A DNA stretch of 64,000 bases from Dudresnaya verticillata (taxonomy: Eukaryota). Where the stretch lies: the NCBI GenBank assembly GCA_977862235.1, contig OZ374558.1, positions 372,001-436,000 on the forward strand, read 5' to 3'. Under the pieces are notes generated by a model that saw only the letters and a list, made by a program, of their open reading frames with translations, was not told the DNA's origin and made no database searches. Below, piece after piece: positions 1 through 11,981 of this stretch. Positions within the stretch are counted from its first letter, which is position 1; each line of letters starts with the position of its first letter. The position numbers and the translations under genes are program-made.

Positions 1-1545
1 ATCGTCAGAGGAGTCGTCATCTGACGAATCGCCACCATCCGAAGAATCATCGTCCGAAGAGTCATCATCTGAAGAGTCACCGTCGCGTTCATCATCTCCA
101 TTCCCACCTGAACCGGAACGATGGAAGCATTTGACCCTGGAGGCGTGCGTGTTGAAGACGCATTTAAATCCCCAACACTTCTTGGTACTACACTGGAAGC
201 TAGAAGAGCAGCGACCGCATTCTGGAGTGAAGCACTTGTTCATTGAAGCCTGAGTGTCGAAAACACACTTATGGCCCCAGCACTTTCCAGTACTACACTG
301 GGAACTCGACGAGCAGCGGGCACATTCCGGGAAGAAGCATTTCTTCTTCGACTCGGAAGTATCGAAAACGCACTTGTGGCCCCAACACTTCCTCGTGCTA
401 CACTGTGCAGCGAACAAGCACCCTGCACATTCTGGAAGGAAACATTTCTTCCGGGACTCCAGAGTTCCCTTGTTACACTTCTTGGGATGCCCATCGCAGA
501 TACCAGATGCGCAATCTGCCGATGCAGTACACAGTTCACACTCCCCCTTCTTGAGACACTTGCCCCTGGAGGCTTCAGTATCAAAGACGCACTTTCCTTG
601 CACGCAATTCTGGGTGGCACATTGCAAACCATTTATGCATGGGGCGCACTCGGGAAGGAAACACTTGTCCAGGGTCTTCTGCTTTCCATCTACACACTTC
701 TTCGGAATACCCTCACATTTTCCAGACTTACACTCATCACCTGATGAACAAGGCTTGCATCTCCCCTTCCCAAAGCATCGCTTACTGTTCCCAACACTTC
801 CCTTTACGCACTTTTTGTTACGGCAGGTCTGCGAACCGCACTGCCCATCTTGTGAGCAGCGCTTGCATTCCTTAAGGAAGCACTTCTCAAGTGACCGGGG
901 AGTACCATCATTGCACTTCTTGGGGATTCCGGAGCACTTTCCAGACGCGCACTCAGAAGCAGCCGAACATGGAGCACATTCCTTCTTCGAGAAGCACTTC
1001 GCCCTGGATGCAGAAGAGTCGAAAATACACTTCCCTTTCTCACAAAGGCCGGTAGAACACTCCCCAGACTCTCGACAGGGGCGACACTCCTTCAAGAAAC
1101 ACTTACGCAGCGACTTCTTCGAGCCGCTATTACATTTCTTCGGAATACCAGAGCACTTTGATTGTTGGCATTCGGCGACAGAATCACACGGAGCGCACTC
1201 AGGCTTCTTCGGCCTTGGCGATGGCGAGGGAGATGGCGAGGGCCTCGGGCTTGATGAAGGCTTGATGAAGCACTTGTCCTTAGACGCAGTGGTGTCGAAT
1301 ACACATTTGCCACCCCAACACTTCTTAGTAGCGCACTGAAACAGGGAAGTGCAAGGGCTACACTCCGGCTTGAACCCGCATCGCAATAGTGACGAAAAGG
1401 AGCCGTTGGTGCACTTCCGTCCCCAGCACTTGAACGACTGGCACTGAGAGGAGTAGAAACAAGTGTGGCACTCGGGACGGCGAAAGGTTGCAAGGGCTGG
1501 TGCGGTCAAAGCCAGCAGAAGAATAGCTGCAGTGAGGTGGGCCAT
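1..1545 (-). CDS. Secreted cysteine-rich tandem-repeat protein (12 x ~35-aa 6-Cys modules, Ser-Pro linker, acidic DSSDD tail); 3' end lies outside the window
   Basis: Manual translation from ATG at 1545: MAHLTAAILLLALTAPALA (signal-peptide-like), then modules such as ECARCSSSSQCSTGKCWGHKCVFDTQASMNKCF, an SPRPSPSPSPSP linker after module 2, and ...GDSSDDDSSDDDSSDGGDSSDDDSSDD at the edge. No stop in 515 codons. Missing from the ORF track because there is no stop inside the window. Confidence 0.9.
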   Translation of the reverse strand, partial: MAHLTAAILLLALTAPALATFRRPECHTCFYSSQCQSFKCWGRKCTNGSFSSLLRCGFKPECSPCTSLFQCATKKCWGGKCVFDTTASKDKCFIKPSSSPRPSPSPSPSPRPKKPECAPCDSVAECQQSKCSGIPKKCNSGSKKSLRKCFLKECRPCRESGECSTGLCEKGKCIFDSSASRAKCFSKKECAPCSAASECASGKCSGIPKKCNDGTPRSLEKCFLKECKRCSQDGQCGSQTCRNKKCVKGSVGNSKRCFGKGRCKPCSSGDECKSGKCEGIPKKCVDGKQKTLDKCFLPECAPCINGLQCATQNCVQGKCVFDTEASRGKCLKKGECELCTASADCASGICDGHPKKCNKGTLESRKKCFLPECAGCLFAAQCSTRKCWGHKCVFDTSESKKKCFFPECARCSSSSQCSTGKCWGHKCVFDTQASMNKCFTPECGRCSSSFQCSTKKCWGFKCVFNTHASRVKCFHRSGSGGNGDDERDGDSSDDDSSDDDSSDGGDSSDDDSSDD

Positions 1546-2574
1546 GTTGCGATCGCCTTTGAGAGAGGGATTGAAAACTTCCCTCTTTGCAGACGGAAGC
1601 TGTTCCAAATCGAGTTAAGTACGTTTTGGGCTCAGATTCTGTGCCCGGCTTCTCGTTCCTGGGATTCTTCTGGAGGAAAGTTCCCTCCTAGAGGAACCAA
1701 GAAGTGGGCTGCTGACAAGAGCAATGCGACCCAGCAAGAGGCTGCCACCAGCATGGGTTGGGCAAAGTGACCAGACCGAGAGCACAGGCCCCACTGCTCA
1801 GTCCATTTCGGGACGTGCCTGTCGGAATTGCAAATGCGTGCCCTTTCTTGGGATATCGTTCTGAGCTTACCTGAGATCGTCTCACCATGAGTAGAGCAAA
1901 AAGAAAAGTATATTATGGTGTAGAGTTGGGGTGGTCGCGTGGGATAGCAAGATAAGCTAAACTACAGCCAGAGGGCATTGACTGTAAACTTGTGCGGCTG
2001 GGTATGTGAGAATTGACTTTCATTCGTGGGTGTCAACAGTGAGAAACTCCAAACTGCAGTGCAGTTACTTACAATACGATCTTCTGCCAAGCAAAAGCTA
2101 TCCAAGCCTCGATTGTCAGTCGAGCAGCTGGCATCTCTAGTGGACACTCTGGTCGAGCTAACCCAAGCGTTTGGAAGAAGGCTCCACTCGATATGTAAAC
2201 GCTGACGGTGGGACGTCGGCAAATTCGTAGAACCCGGCCGTAGCGGCCGTATTCGCAGCATTATTGGCACTGGTGATCGTTACTGAGGCCTTATTGCACT
2301 GACGGTACAGTACTGCGGAATAGCGGCCCGAAAACCGTACCCTACACCTCTATTCAATAGCTTGTAATGGTCGCTGGTCAAGGCAGCGCATTGTACAATA
2401 CGCTATGTAGCGTATTCCAGGATCGTAGCCTGGTGCTGTTTCTGTCATCGCTTTTTGAATGCTCCTCTGGCTCTACGAAGATATGTATCGCGTATTTTGA
2501 GCGACCTAAAAGAGTAATAAGAGAGAAGTGGGATACGAGACTCCCACTTCTCTCCTATTACGCCTTCGACACGA

Positions 2575-3384
2575 TCAACTGATGATGAAGTTGTTGACGA
2601 CGGCGAAGAGCGAGGGATCTGACACCAGGACGACTCGCAGGACCTGCTGACACAGTGCTGACAATTTGCGGTAATATTGTTGCAATAAGTGACTGTAACA
2701 TAAACTGACTAGGATGACGAGAGCCTGAAGAACCGTGGCGCGTTCTGGGCGAGAGATTGTCACAACAGAGATGCCCTCATTGAAGGGGTAAGAAAAAGGT
2801 CGGTGAATTTCGGTCGCTGTGAATTGTGCTGAATTCGCGCCCCTCGTTTGGGCCACGGTAGGTGGTGAGGACGCCACATCCCAATATGTTTACGCTTTCA
2901 CTGATGTGTTAATACGAAGATGACTATGACCCAACGGCAGCCGAGCTCATTTCACTTTCGGACTTGAAACTGTCAAGTTGGTCGCCAGCTCAGAGAGAGT
3001 TGCAGAGAAGTTCTTCCACAAATTGTGCGCGAGGTGTTCCGGTGAAGGAAGTCCCACATCTACCGACAGGCACAGTACGATGAATTTGCTGCTGTCAGCG
3101 CAGACTCCCATGGTCATGCCGCTCTCAAAGATATGGACACTTCACGTGCTCCCTGGAAGATAGGGTCCTTCGTCCCCGTCCTTCGGAGGCGGAGGGGTTT
3201 CTGGCCCCGCCGGTCGCGGCACGGCCGGCACCCAGGCATGTTCTCTAGGGAGCGATGCAGCTGGGTTGTTTGCTGATGAGGACAGACAATCCTCTATTAA
3301 TGACAATAATGATGAACGAGGGAGTATCGGCTGGGGAGACGACATTGTGCCGTCTGTAGAGTAGTGTTGTAGCGCATTCTCCAT
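2575..3384 (-). pseudogene. Possible decayed ORF of unknown function
   Basis: ORFs 3142..3384 and 2575..2877 are in the same frame, separated by a few stops. No motif recognised. Confidence 0.2.
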
Positions 3385-4027
3385 CGGGATCTATCGGACA
3401 GCGTCACGAAAGTGTTGCATCTCGACCTCAGAGTTTACCATCAAGAATCTCACCACTTGGGCCCCTTTGCAAACTGCACATGAGGCATGTCGTGTTGTTG
3501 ACAACTCGACCACAACTCGACGATGTCGTGCGTGATTGACATCAAGCTGCTTCGGTCAACTATAGACGCCGGGGCGATCTATGTACAGTGTACACTGTAG
3601 AGCCCCTATCGCTCTTCTGAGTAAAGTCCCCCTCCCTCTCTCTCGCTTGGCCAACACAACTAAAACGTCTTCCCCTCTACAACGCGATTTTCGAGCGACA
3701 CCCTCGACGAATAGTATATCTTTCAGCGAGCCCCCCACCTACATAAGATACGCCCCTGCCGTGATCGAATGTGCTCGAGAAGCAGAATTCAATTTGACTC
3801 GCACAACAGAAAACAGGCAACGACAGGAATAGCAAATTGCTCGGGAGCTCTTCGACGTTGTCTTCCATGCTCTAAAAGCTTGTTCGGATTGCAACCGGAT
3901 TTGGGATAGAAATCAGCATTGTGGCTATGTTGTACCACACCTCCCGAAGGCTCTGATGAAGTCGCAACTTTATTAACATTAAGCGGAAGGCTTTCAATGA
4001 ACCCTGGCATCTGTTGAAATCAATTGA

Positions 4028-4249
4028 GACCTTTATTGCAATGACAAGAGAGATAAGCCCCTTAAAGGGGCATAGGAAGCAGAACTAATGCAAATGGGAG
4101 GGGAGATAGGTTGCGGTGGTTAATGCTAATCGCGACACATTGAAGAATCAATGCTGCAATCGAACACTGAAATCATAGAAATCATTGAGAAGCCCCTTAA
4201 CCTTAAGGTTAAGGTTAAGGGGCTTCTCTCTTGTTCTTTAATAAAGGTC
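4028..4249. repeat. Foldback/MITE-like element with imperfect ~37-bp terminal inverted repeats and an overlapping perfect 20-bp inverted repeat
   Basis: 4028-4065 gacctttattgcaatgacaagagagataagccccttaa resembles the reverse complement of 4215-4249 (gacctttattaaagaacaagagagaagccccttaa). Arms 4187-4206 and 4209-4228 are a perfect inverted pair with a 2-nt spacer. Confidence 0.55.
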
Positions 4250-6169
4250 CCTCTCTCTGTCTCTCTCTGAAATCTTCAAAAGAAACAAACATTTCTCGTG
4301 TTGTAGCTATTCGGGAATAATGTTGATGATATTCCGACTTTACTTAGGCTTAAGCAAGAGAATCCAAAAGGCGTATAACGTACTGTTTTATGGTATTTAC
4401 ATCCGATTATAGGATTCTCCACTGTTCTGAAAAGTCTTTGCCCCGTAATTAAAGGGCCCTGACTGCATTTAAACTGGTCTGTAACACTGGAGGAAAATCT
4501 CTCCCGGAGAGAAAATCTCCAAAGGCTCGAGGCGAGAGCAGTAATCTAAGACAGGGTATGGTACCAAGATAATAGTGGTAGCGGTACCAGTGAACAGCAT
4601 CTTGTAGAGAAAATGTAGTAGAACAGTTGAACGAATTGCATCTAGGTAGAGCTCTCTCTTTTTAAATGTCAAGATAGCAGGGAAGTGCTTCTTCTTATAA
4701 AAATTCTGAACCGGTTATCAGTTGAGCTGTGTTTGTAAATAAAATTGAACCAGTCTCGAGTACACAGAAATACCTACACATATATACAGTTATCGGATAA
4801 GTGATTCCGGAGGCCATGAAAGTGCTCAAGCCAAGTAAGGAAAGACTCAGTTAGGGACAGCAAGGGGATTTGGCCCAAGACCGTAAAGGGATACTTTAGT
4901 GTTGCCGGCCAAAGGTTGCTGGTGCTCGTCGTAACTCTTTTTTCTCTCTCCGCTTCTCCTCTCCTTGCTCTGTTCGCTTCCTATTGTCACCTTAAATACT
5001 GTGTCGGAGCTTCTCTTGCTGGGCTCTCGTTAGTCTCGAGCTTTTGATATTCTTCCGTTTGTCCATTTCTTTCGAGCGCTTGCAATTTAGTTTTACAATT
5101 AGCCTTTTAGGCAAAGCGTACGTCTTGGCTTCCTGTTTGGTTTGAATTTAACCGTGCTCGTTCATTTTATTGCTTTCATGTCTCTTTCTATGTTTTAGAA
5201 ATGCTTGTATTTTTATTTACTTTCGAGAGTACTGCAATTGTTTGCGTGCGTTAGAGAATCCATGCCTAGCGTTTTACAAGAATAATTATCAAAAGGCGTA
5301 GGATGTCGATAGGAATACAATTATAGAACAATAGTAATCTCTTTTAAACTTTGATTAGATGTTCGATACGAATACAATCATAGAACAAAACAACAGTATT
5401 TTTCAGTGGAACCGATTAGTTACTTGTGGAATGGAAATTCTTCGTTACCCTTAACATTTTAGTCGAATGAACCTTATTTACACCGATTGCTTTTTCAATT
5501 CGATGCAAGATAACCACAGCGAAGACCTCCCGACCCCAGCCCCGAACGAGCCGGTGATATCACTTGAGCCATAGAACACAAGTTTGTGTACAAAAATAGT
5601 GTTCTATGGTTCATTTTTGTCCAACAACTCTATGTATGCCTGCAAATGGGTCCTAGCTGCCTGCCCGGAAACCGGTAAACAAAAAGATCAATAACCAAAC
5701 TTCACGATGACTGCATTTGTTCCTTAACAAAATGGCATGGTAAGACCTCGAACCTGCACGCAAATGCAAGAGTTGCTTAATAACGAGTTCCCCATCTCTC
5801 CTAAAAATGATTGAGGGACGCACCACATAACTAAAAACATTCGTCGAGCCGCATCTAAACCCTTTGCGATGGTATTAAACTACACAGAACCTGATTGTAA
5901 GTTTGTCAGCTTCGGAGCTAGGGCCTATGAGCCAACACGCTATGCTATTATCGATTAATCAAACCATCGATGTGAAGAAGGGCTTGTCTCACCTCTAGAA
6001 TAACTAAGCCTTCTAAGTTGGTCAATGATGAAGGGAATACAGAGGAAAGTGAGGTAGAACGGGATAAATGGGTAGAAAAGTTGGCAAGTGTTATTGTGGT
6101 TCGATGGCTAGAACTCCTGCAGACCTCCAGAAGGTCAGTATTGTAGACTACTCTCCAGCATCGCACGAG

Positions 6170-6243
6170 CACGCACTGGCGGGACTCGATCCCACGACCT
6201 TCGTGGCGGATCAAGCAAAAAGAAACCACTAAGCTATTGCCGT
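6170..6243 (-). ncRNA. tRNA-derived Pol III head (SINE-like or degenerate tRNA)
   Basis: Minus strand has an A box TAGCTTAGTGG (6236-6226), a B box GGATCGAGTCC (6192-6182) and a T-arm GTGGG/ATCGAGT/CCCGC. Acceptor and anticodon stems do not pair, so it is not a functional tRNA. Confidence 0.4.
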
Positions 6244-9200
6244 TTCCTTGTGGATTTGCTTGGTGTAGTCCTGTGATGCTCCCTAGTTAGAACCCTACCT
6301 CAGTAGGTATCTACAGTATAAATAGACCAAGATCTGCACACCGACGTGGTACTTCAGCACGAATACAACAACAGTACTAGACGTAACATAAACTTAACAA
6401 ACTGTTACTTTTAACAGACGGTAGCCGTGAACCGTCGGAGTACTCGTAGCAACATATCTAATGTGTAACTGTTTGACTGCTTGAACGATGAAAAGTGAAA
6501 CAAATAGCTTGAACGGCACTCCAGAAATGGTAGTGGTTAAGCCATGAGTGAACAGCTCTTCATGCCAAGTTATTCAGTGTCACTATATCAGTAACTATCG
6601 GACAGAAGGCATCTAGAGCCGTTTATATAGCCACAATGAAATCGTGGTTCTTCCAGGGAAAGGCAGGGCTTGATACACTTCTTGGAATATATCCTATGGC
6701 GTGTGACAGTAACAAACGCTTGGAAACAACAGCAGTCATTTTCCTACCGTCCGCCGTACGCCTCTGCCTTCATCATCCCAAAAGTGAACACTGATGCCGA
6801 CATCCAGACCTTCTTCTCAGCAACTTGCCATTCTGCATTTTCCGCAAACAAGTTGCGCAGTTGCACAATTTGCCCAAGCACATCTCGCATTACCCCCTTC
6901 ACCAATATGAGTATGCCTGGTGCACGAGCTTTTAAGCCGTTTCCTGGCCCTGGAGTACCCGCTACGAAAACTGAACGGTTCATATCATGCTCATACTTTC
7001 GCAGGAAAAGTGATCTGCTCACAATGTACGTTTGCTGCCAGCCCGCATTCCGGGCTCTTCAGAGTGGGGCGTTTTTGGGCACAGGGCGAAACGACCTGCG
7101 CCTCACTGAGCGCTGTCAGCAGTGTGGACAAAGCCCATTGTAATGCGATTCTGCGCTGTAATGGACTTTTGGCGCGCCGTCGTGCGTTCTGCTCGTCGGC
7201 GAAATTTCTACAAGAAGGGGCAGCCGGCGTCAAGACGGGAGAGGAGAGAGAGCTCAACACAACATCGCGACCAGCATCCACCACACAGGGGAATCCAGGG
7301 AGGGAACCTGCAGCCATCGCCGGCCTACATTGCCCGGCTCTGGAGCACAGTCCCTAGCGGCGAGGCGATCTGTTGCTGCGGTTGGCAACCTCGGCCTGCC
7401 TGGTCGGGCAGTGACCTGGCCCTCCGAGCGGTGGGTGATGGCGACGGATAGGTGTGGCCTTTCTGCGTGCTCATCTGCAAGCCAAGGGACATAGACTCGT
7501 GTGTGTCTGCCACGGGCATTACCGCCATGTGTCTGCAATTCCTTGACGCTTTGGCCAAGTCTCATCACCCACTGCTTCTTGGCAAGCTACTGCCACGCTG
7601 CGTTTCTGCGATAAAGAGACTTGCCAAGCAGCAGGGGTGCCGAGCCTTGCACTGTATACATGCCCTTCGTACTCATATATCGGCGAAGTGGAGTGCAAAG
7701 AGCAGGTCCAAGGTAGACGATTACCCAAGATTCTGTTTTACCTGCCATCTCTGGGTATGGCGTTCTCCACTATCTAGCGGTCGAGCTGCACCGATCTAAG
7801 CCTATCCTCGCTCCGCCCCTGCACGCCGTCATGCTAACCCACCCTCACGATCGTAAGCTCGCGATCCGCTGGCACCTCTGGACGTGCCCCATTCCTCCGC
7901 TTTCTGACAATTCTTTCTTCGTCGGCTCTTCCCACCTTTGACTCAGCTGTTCTCTATCCTCGGTTTCGGGTTTCACGGGGTCCGAATCAGACCGTCCGAG
8001 CCGGCAACGCTTCTATAACATACCGGCTGCCATCCATATCCTTTTTGCGCAACGCGCTTTACCTTTACTTGCGCCAGTAGGTTCCTCACTCTCCCTGACA
8101 ATTCGCCCGGTATTTGTTTTAACATGGGTCTACTGTGTCCTTGTGTGTTGGAATGGGTCGTGGGTGTTGGGTAGCTATGAGGACTCACCTTAAACTGTTT
8201 TCAGAATATTCATCGCGAACGGCATTTGTACTCGTGTCATGGTGTTACTACGGCTGGTACCGATGATAGCAATCTGACCCAGAACTGGCAAGTTTCATGC
8301 ATCTAGTGAGCCTTTGTGGTGGTCGCAGGGGGATCTGGGATATGCAAACTACGGAATGGGGGCAGGGCCAGTACTGAGATCACATTGGTTGACACCTACG
8401 GAACCACACCGTCGAAGGAAACAATGCAGGTAGAATGTATGGGGTTTCGACAACTAGGCTTCTCCCTTTCTTGGAGAGAGAGAACCTTTGTATGTACAAG
8501 CACAATAGGGACGCTAACTCGTCCCAGAGGCTACAGGGACAAGAGAGAGTGCAAAGCGACGGCGGTTGATGGCTAAAGACGGATAGCGTAGCAAATGAAA
8601 TATAAACCGGAAAGTAAGCGCTTGGCTTTTTATCGGACGGGATACTTCTGGTGCATTCAGCTGTATAGGAACCAATATCCCCAAGGACTTGACGAGCGCC
8701 AGGCCCCACAGCGCCATAAGTATCTTGCTATTCCTGAGTAAAGTTAATCTCTCTCTCTGCCTCTATCTCTCTCCATAGGTATCGATACCAATGGCATAGC
8801 ATTCCAGCCCCTCAGCACCGGTAAAATCGCGATAGTGGATGTGTTTCGGGCATTCAGCCGCCATATTCACCAGCTCCAGATTTGCACGAGGAGGTGCGGG
8901 GGTAAATATGTAGCAAAAGGAGCCGCAACAGTGAGATCGAATGCCTCAGACCTGGCACATGTGTTGAGAGTATCCTTATGACGACGCCGAGGGAGTGGGA
9001 GATGAAGCTCAGCTCCGAGACCCAGTTTGCGAGCTCCAACGCATGATCGCAGAAAAGAGCTACTCGGAGAAGGCATGCATGTTCCGTTCTTTTGGTTCGC
9101 AGTTGATGCAGAGGGAAGAGAAAAACGAACCAAGAGCTTTCGTTTGTTCCACCATTTACAACAACACTTGTTGTGCTGGTCTGCCTGGATAGGAAGGGCA

Positions 9201-9825
9201 GGTCGAATTGATAGCCCATATTACAGCAGACGAGTAGGCATCGAAAGGTGTCGGTGTCCGGAGAGGTATGGAGAAGCGAGGGGTGAATGATAAAGCAGAT
9301 AGGGTACTCGGTCACGATGTACTCGGCCATGAGATACCTTGTCAAGGAGCGGGTGAGTGTCTGGGCTTTGCTTGTTGCTTTTCCATCTTCGCGTTTTTTC
9401 TGAGAATTCTGAGATGGACCGCTGCGGGCCACCGGTCCGCGGAGCAACTCGAGGCCTGTTTTTAGAAAAGCACTTTTCTCTCGCGGGCTTCCTTGGTTTT
9501 ACTGACGGCAGCGTCGTGGCAAATGGCGGTAATTGCGTTCTGTGTGCTGAGATCCACACGACCGACATAGTCCATACGACATGCACGCTGCGCGACGAGC
9601 GGTTCGTGGTTGGAAGAGTCCCCAGTCTGTTGCGATACACCCGCTCCTGGTTGTCCAGCTTCGGAAAAACGATCACCGCCACCCACCCCGTGCTCACGTT
9701 TGCTCTGCTCATTCCTCCTGTTTGTCTCCTCCAAGCATCCTATCGTCGTCCGTTTGGCTTTCCCATCTTACATTTATTGTGAACTTTGAGAGCCCTCGCC
9801 TCTTGCTCTCAAGTGAGCAGCAGCG

Positions 9826-11016
9826 ATGAATAACTATCATGCTCCTCGATCATCGGGAAATGAATTCTCAGCAATGAACCTATCAGACCGTTTTCAAGTT
9901 CATTTCGACTCGGCTATGATGATTCTTGGAGAGGAGAACAAGGATTGCCTGCATCTACTAATGAAGATCCCGGGCACGGGGACTGCAAGCCAAACTGTTT
10001 CAGCCAGGATGACCAGGCAGTTTATTGAAAAGCTTTACATGGACAAAGATCGGCTTGAGGTTGTCAAAGCCGTTGCAGAATTCATTTGGGACCCAAAAAG
10101 CAAGCGTCAAGGACTTCGAAGCTCTTTTGAAGCGTACTGTTGGGCTGTGCGACTGTACGAAAATGTTTTGGACTACCAGGAAGATAGAGATGCCAGCTTA
10201 AAGTTGGCTCATCTACAGGAAATAGGTTACTACGGGCAGTATACAGAGTTAAGCATGGCCGCAAACATTTACAGCAGAATCATTCGCGAGGGTCAGGATT
10301 TCGATGGCTCAATCATGTGCCATTTCGGGAAAATGCTTCTGGAGAAGTCTCGGCCGCACGCTGATGTTACTACGGAAGTTAGAGACTTGTACAGGAGAGC
10401 TGTAGAAGACAAAGGAAACCTGGAAGCATGTTATCGCCTTGCTTGCTTGATTCAGGATCGGCCAAGAAGCACTGATGACGAGAAGGAGAATGAAAAAGGG
10501 CTTCTAGAACGTGTTGTTAGTGCTGCGAAAACCCGTGGTGGGGGAGGTACGAGTAGCTTCATTTCTGACACAAAGTACCGTTTGGCTGAGTTTCTATTCC
10601 GGGCCGATAAGAAGGCAGCCGTTTCGCTTCTGCAAGAATCATTCGCCAAGGAGCACCATGTCAAGGCAAAGCTGAGATTGGCAAATCTTCTGAGTGAAGG
10701 CTGTGTGGAGTTTGAAAAGGATGAGGCGCGAGCTACTGCCCTTTGCAAGCAGGTCCTGGAGACAGAAAGGAACGCGGAAGCACTGTTCATTCTGGGGTTC
10801 TTAGAGAAGAACATCAAAACTGCATCAACGTTCATTGTTGCCGGTCTTCTTGATGATCACAACCATGAAGCGGTTGTGTCCCTAGCTCAAATGTTCTCAG
10901 TACGACAAGAGAGTATGGGAGCAACGAGTGCACTACAAGACGACGTACAAACCGGGAAACGACAAGGTTCGGAAGGAAATGGACACTCTCAGCTCAAGAA
11001 GAGCAGAATGAATTGA
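9826..11016 (+). CDS. SEL1-like (TPR-family) repeat protein, copy 1
   Basis: 396-aa ORF with helical repeats such as LYRRAVEDKGNLEACYRLA and HVKAKLRLANLLSEGCVEFEKDEARATALCKQVLETERNAEALFILG. Basic C-terminus LKKSR. True start may be the ATG at 9874. Confidence 0.75.
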   Translation: MNNYHAPRSSGNEFSAMNLSDRFQVHFDSAMMILGEENKDCLHLLMKIPGTGTASQTVSARMTRQFIEKLYMDKDRLEVVKAVAEFIWDPKSKRQGLRSSFEAYCWAVRLYENVLDYQEDRDASLKLAHLQEIGYYGQYTELSMAANIYSRIIREGQDFDGSIMCHFGKMLLEKSRPHADVTTEVRDLYRRAVEDKGNLEACYRLACLIQDRPRSTDDEKENEKGLLERVVSAAKTRGGGGTSSFISDTKYRLAEFLFRADKKAAVSLLQESFAKEHHVKAKLRLANLLSEGCVEFEKDEARATALCKQVLETERNAEALFILGFLEKNIKTASTFIVAGLLDDHNHEAVVSLAQMFSVRQESMGATSALQDDVQTGKRQGSEGNGHSQLKKSRMN

Positions 11017-11981
11017 TGCAAGATTTGATACATACATCTTGGGGACTACTGATATGACAGGGAAAGCAAGAGTTTATTGTCATAGTGCTGATGTCAAACA
11101 TGGACAAGGTTAGAATGCCTATTCTGATATGCTATCTGGACCTGTGCTGGGAAGGCCGTTACGCAATAGCTCTAGAAATGTGTCCAAGGCGCACCTGTCT
11201 GCACAAACCAGAATCATCTCGAACGGGGAATCGTGACACGCGCAATTTTATTTCGGAGAAGACCGATGTCCACGTGGAGGTGAGACTGTTACAGACGAGA
11301 GATGTGGCCCTTAATCTGGTTGTCAATGTTGAAGACCTTGCCATAGTACTACAATGCAATATTTGGCCATTTCCAATGTTCCAGCCTGCCATGCAGGCGA
11401 GGATGCAGACGGCGTTGCGCTCTACGATGATGGAAGCGACTTGCTAGAAGCAATGAGTACACGAGGTGCTTCGAGACTCATTGAGTCGCGTCGCTCTCGC
11501 GTCAGCGATACTTTTGAAGTGCTGCCGGACCTTTTTCAAACACCTGTCCTTTGTGTGTGTGGCAAGAGGCAGAAGCGGGTAGCCCTCTTCTAGGGCGGAG
11601 ATGAGGCCTAAGTAACGAGTAACCTCGGTGGCTGCTGCTAGGCCGAGAGTCCTAGCGGGATAGACTTTCATCCCGTCGACGAGTGCTGATGCGAGAGATG
11701 CGGGACTACTGTATTAACGGGGGAAGCGGTCGCCATGACCCCCCCATTCCAGTAATGTTGGGACGTGTCTTGAGGTCACTGTGATTGTCTTGGGGTTCGA
11801 CGACAGAGCGTGTAACACGACAGGTGTCGAGCGGCATCGAGGAGTCCGGCACTCTGCCACTCTGCCACCTGCTGCTGGCACGGGATCTAGTCGGTTGGGC
11901 GTGTGACTGATATGAGCCTTAGTCGCCTGTGCAATTGCGCATGTTAGAGACTCAATAAATTCCAACATCACGATGGAGTCA

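Noticed and set aside
254..1339. 361-aa His/Phe-rich plus-strand ORF
   Set aside because: Antisense shadow of the Cys/Lys-rich minus-strand gene, which has the signal peptide and the regular Cys spacing.
6577..6600. CACTA at the start of each tandem unit (gtgtCACTAtatcag) as a transposon terminus
   Set aside because: No matching inverted end or TSD was found, and homology extends a few bases left of it.
7100..9780. Numerous short overlapping ORFs (and their duplicates in copies 2 and 3)
   Set aside because: Frames and stops differ between copies and no motif was recognised; recurrence only reflects the duplication.
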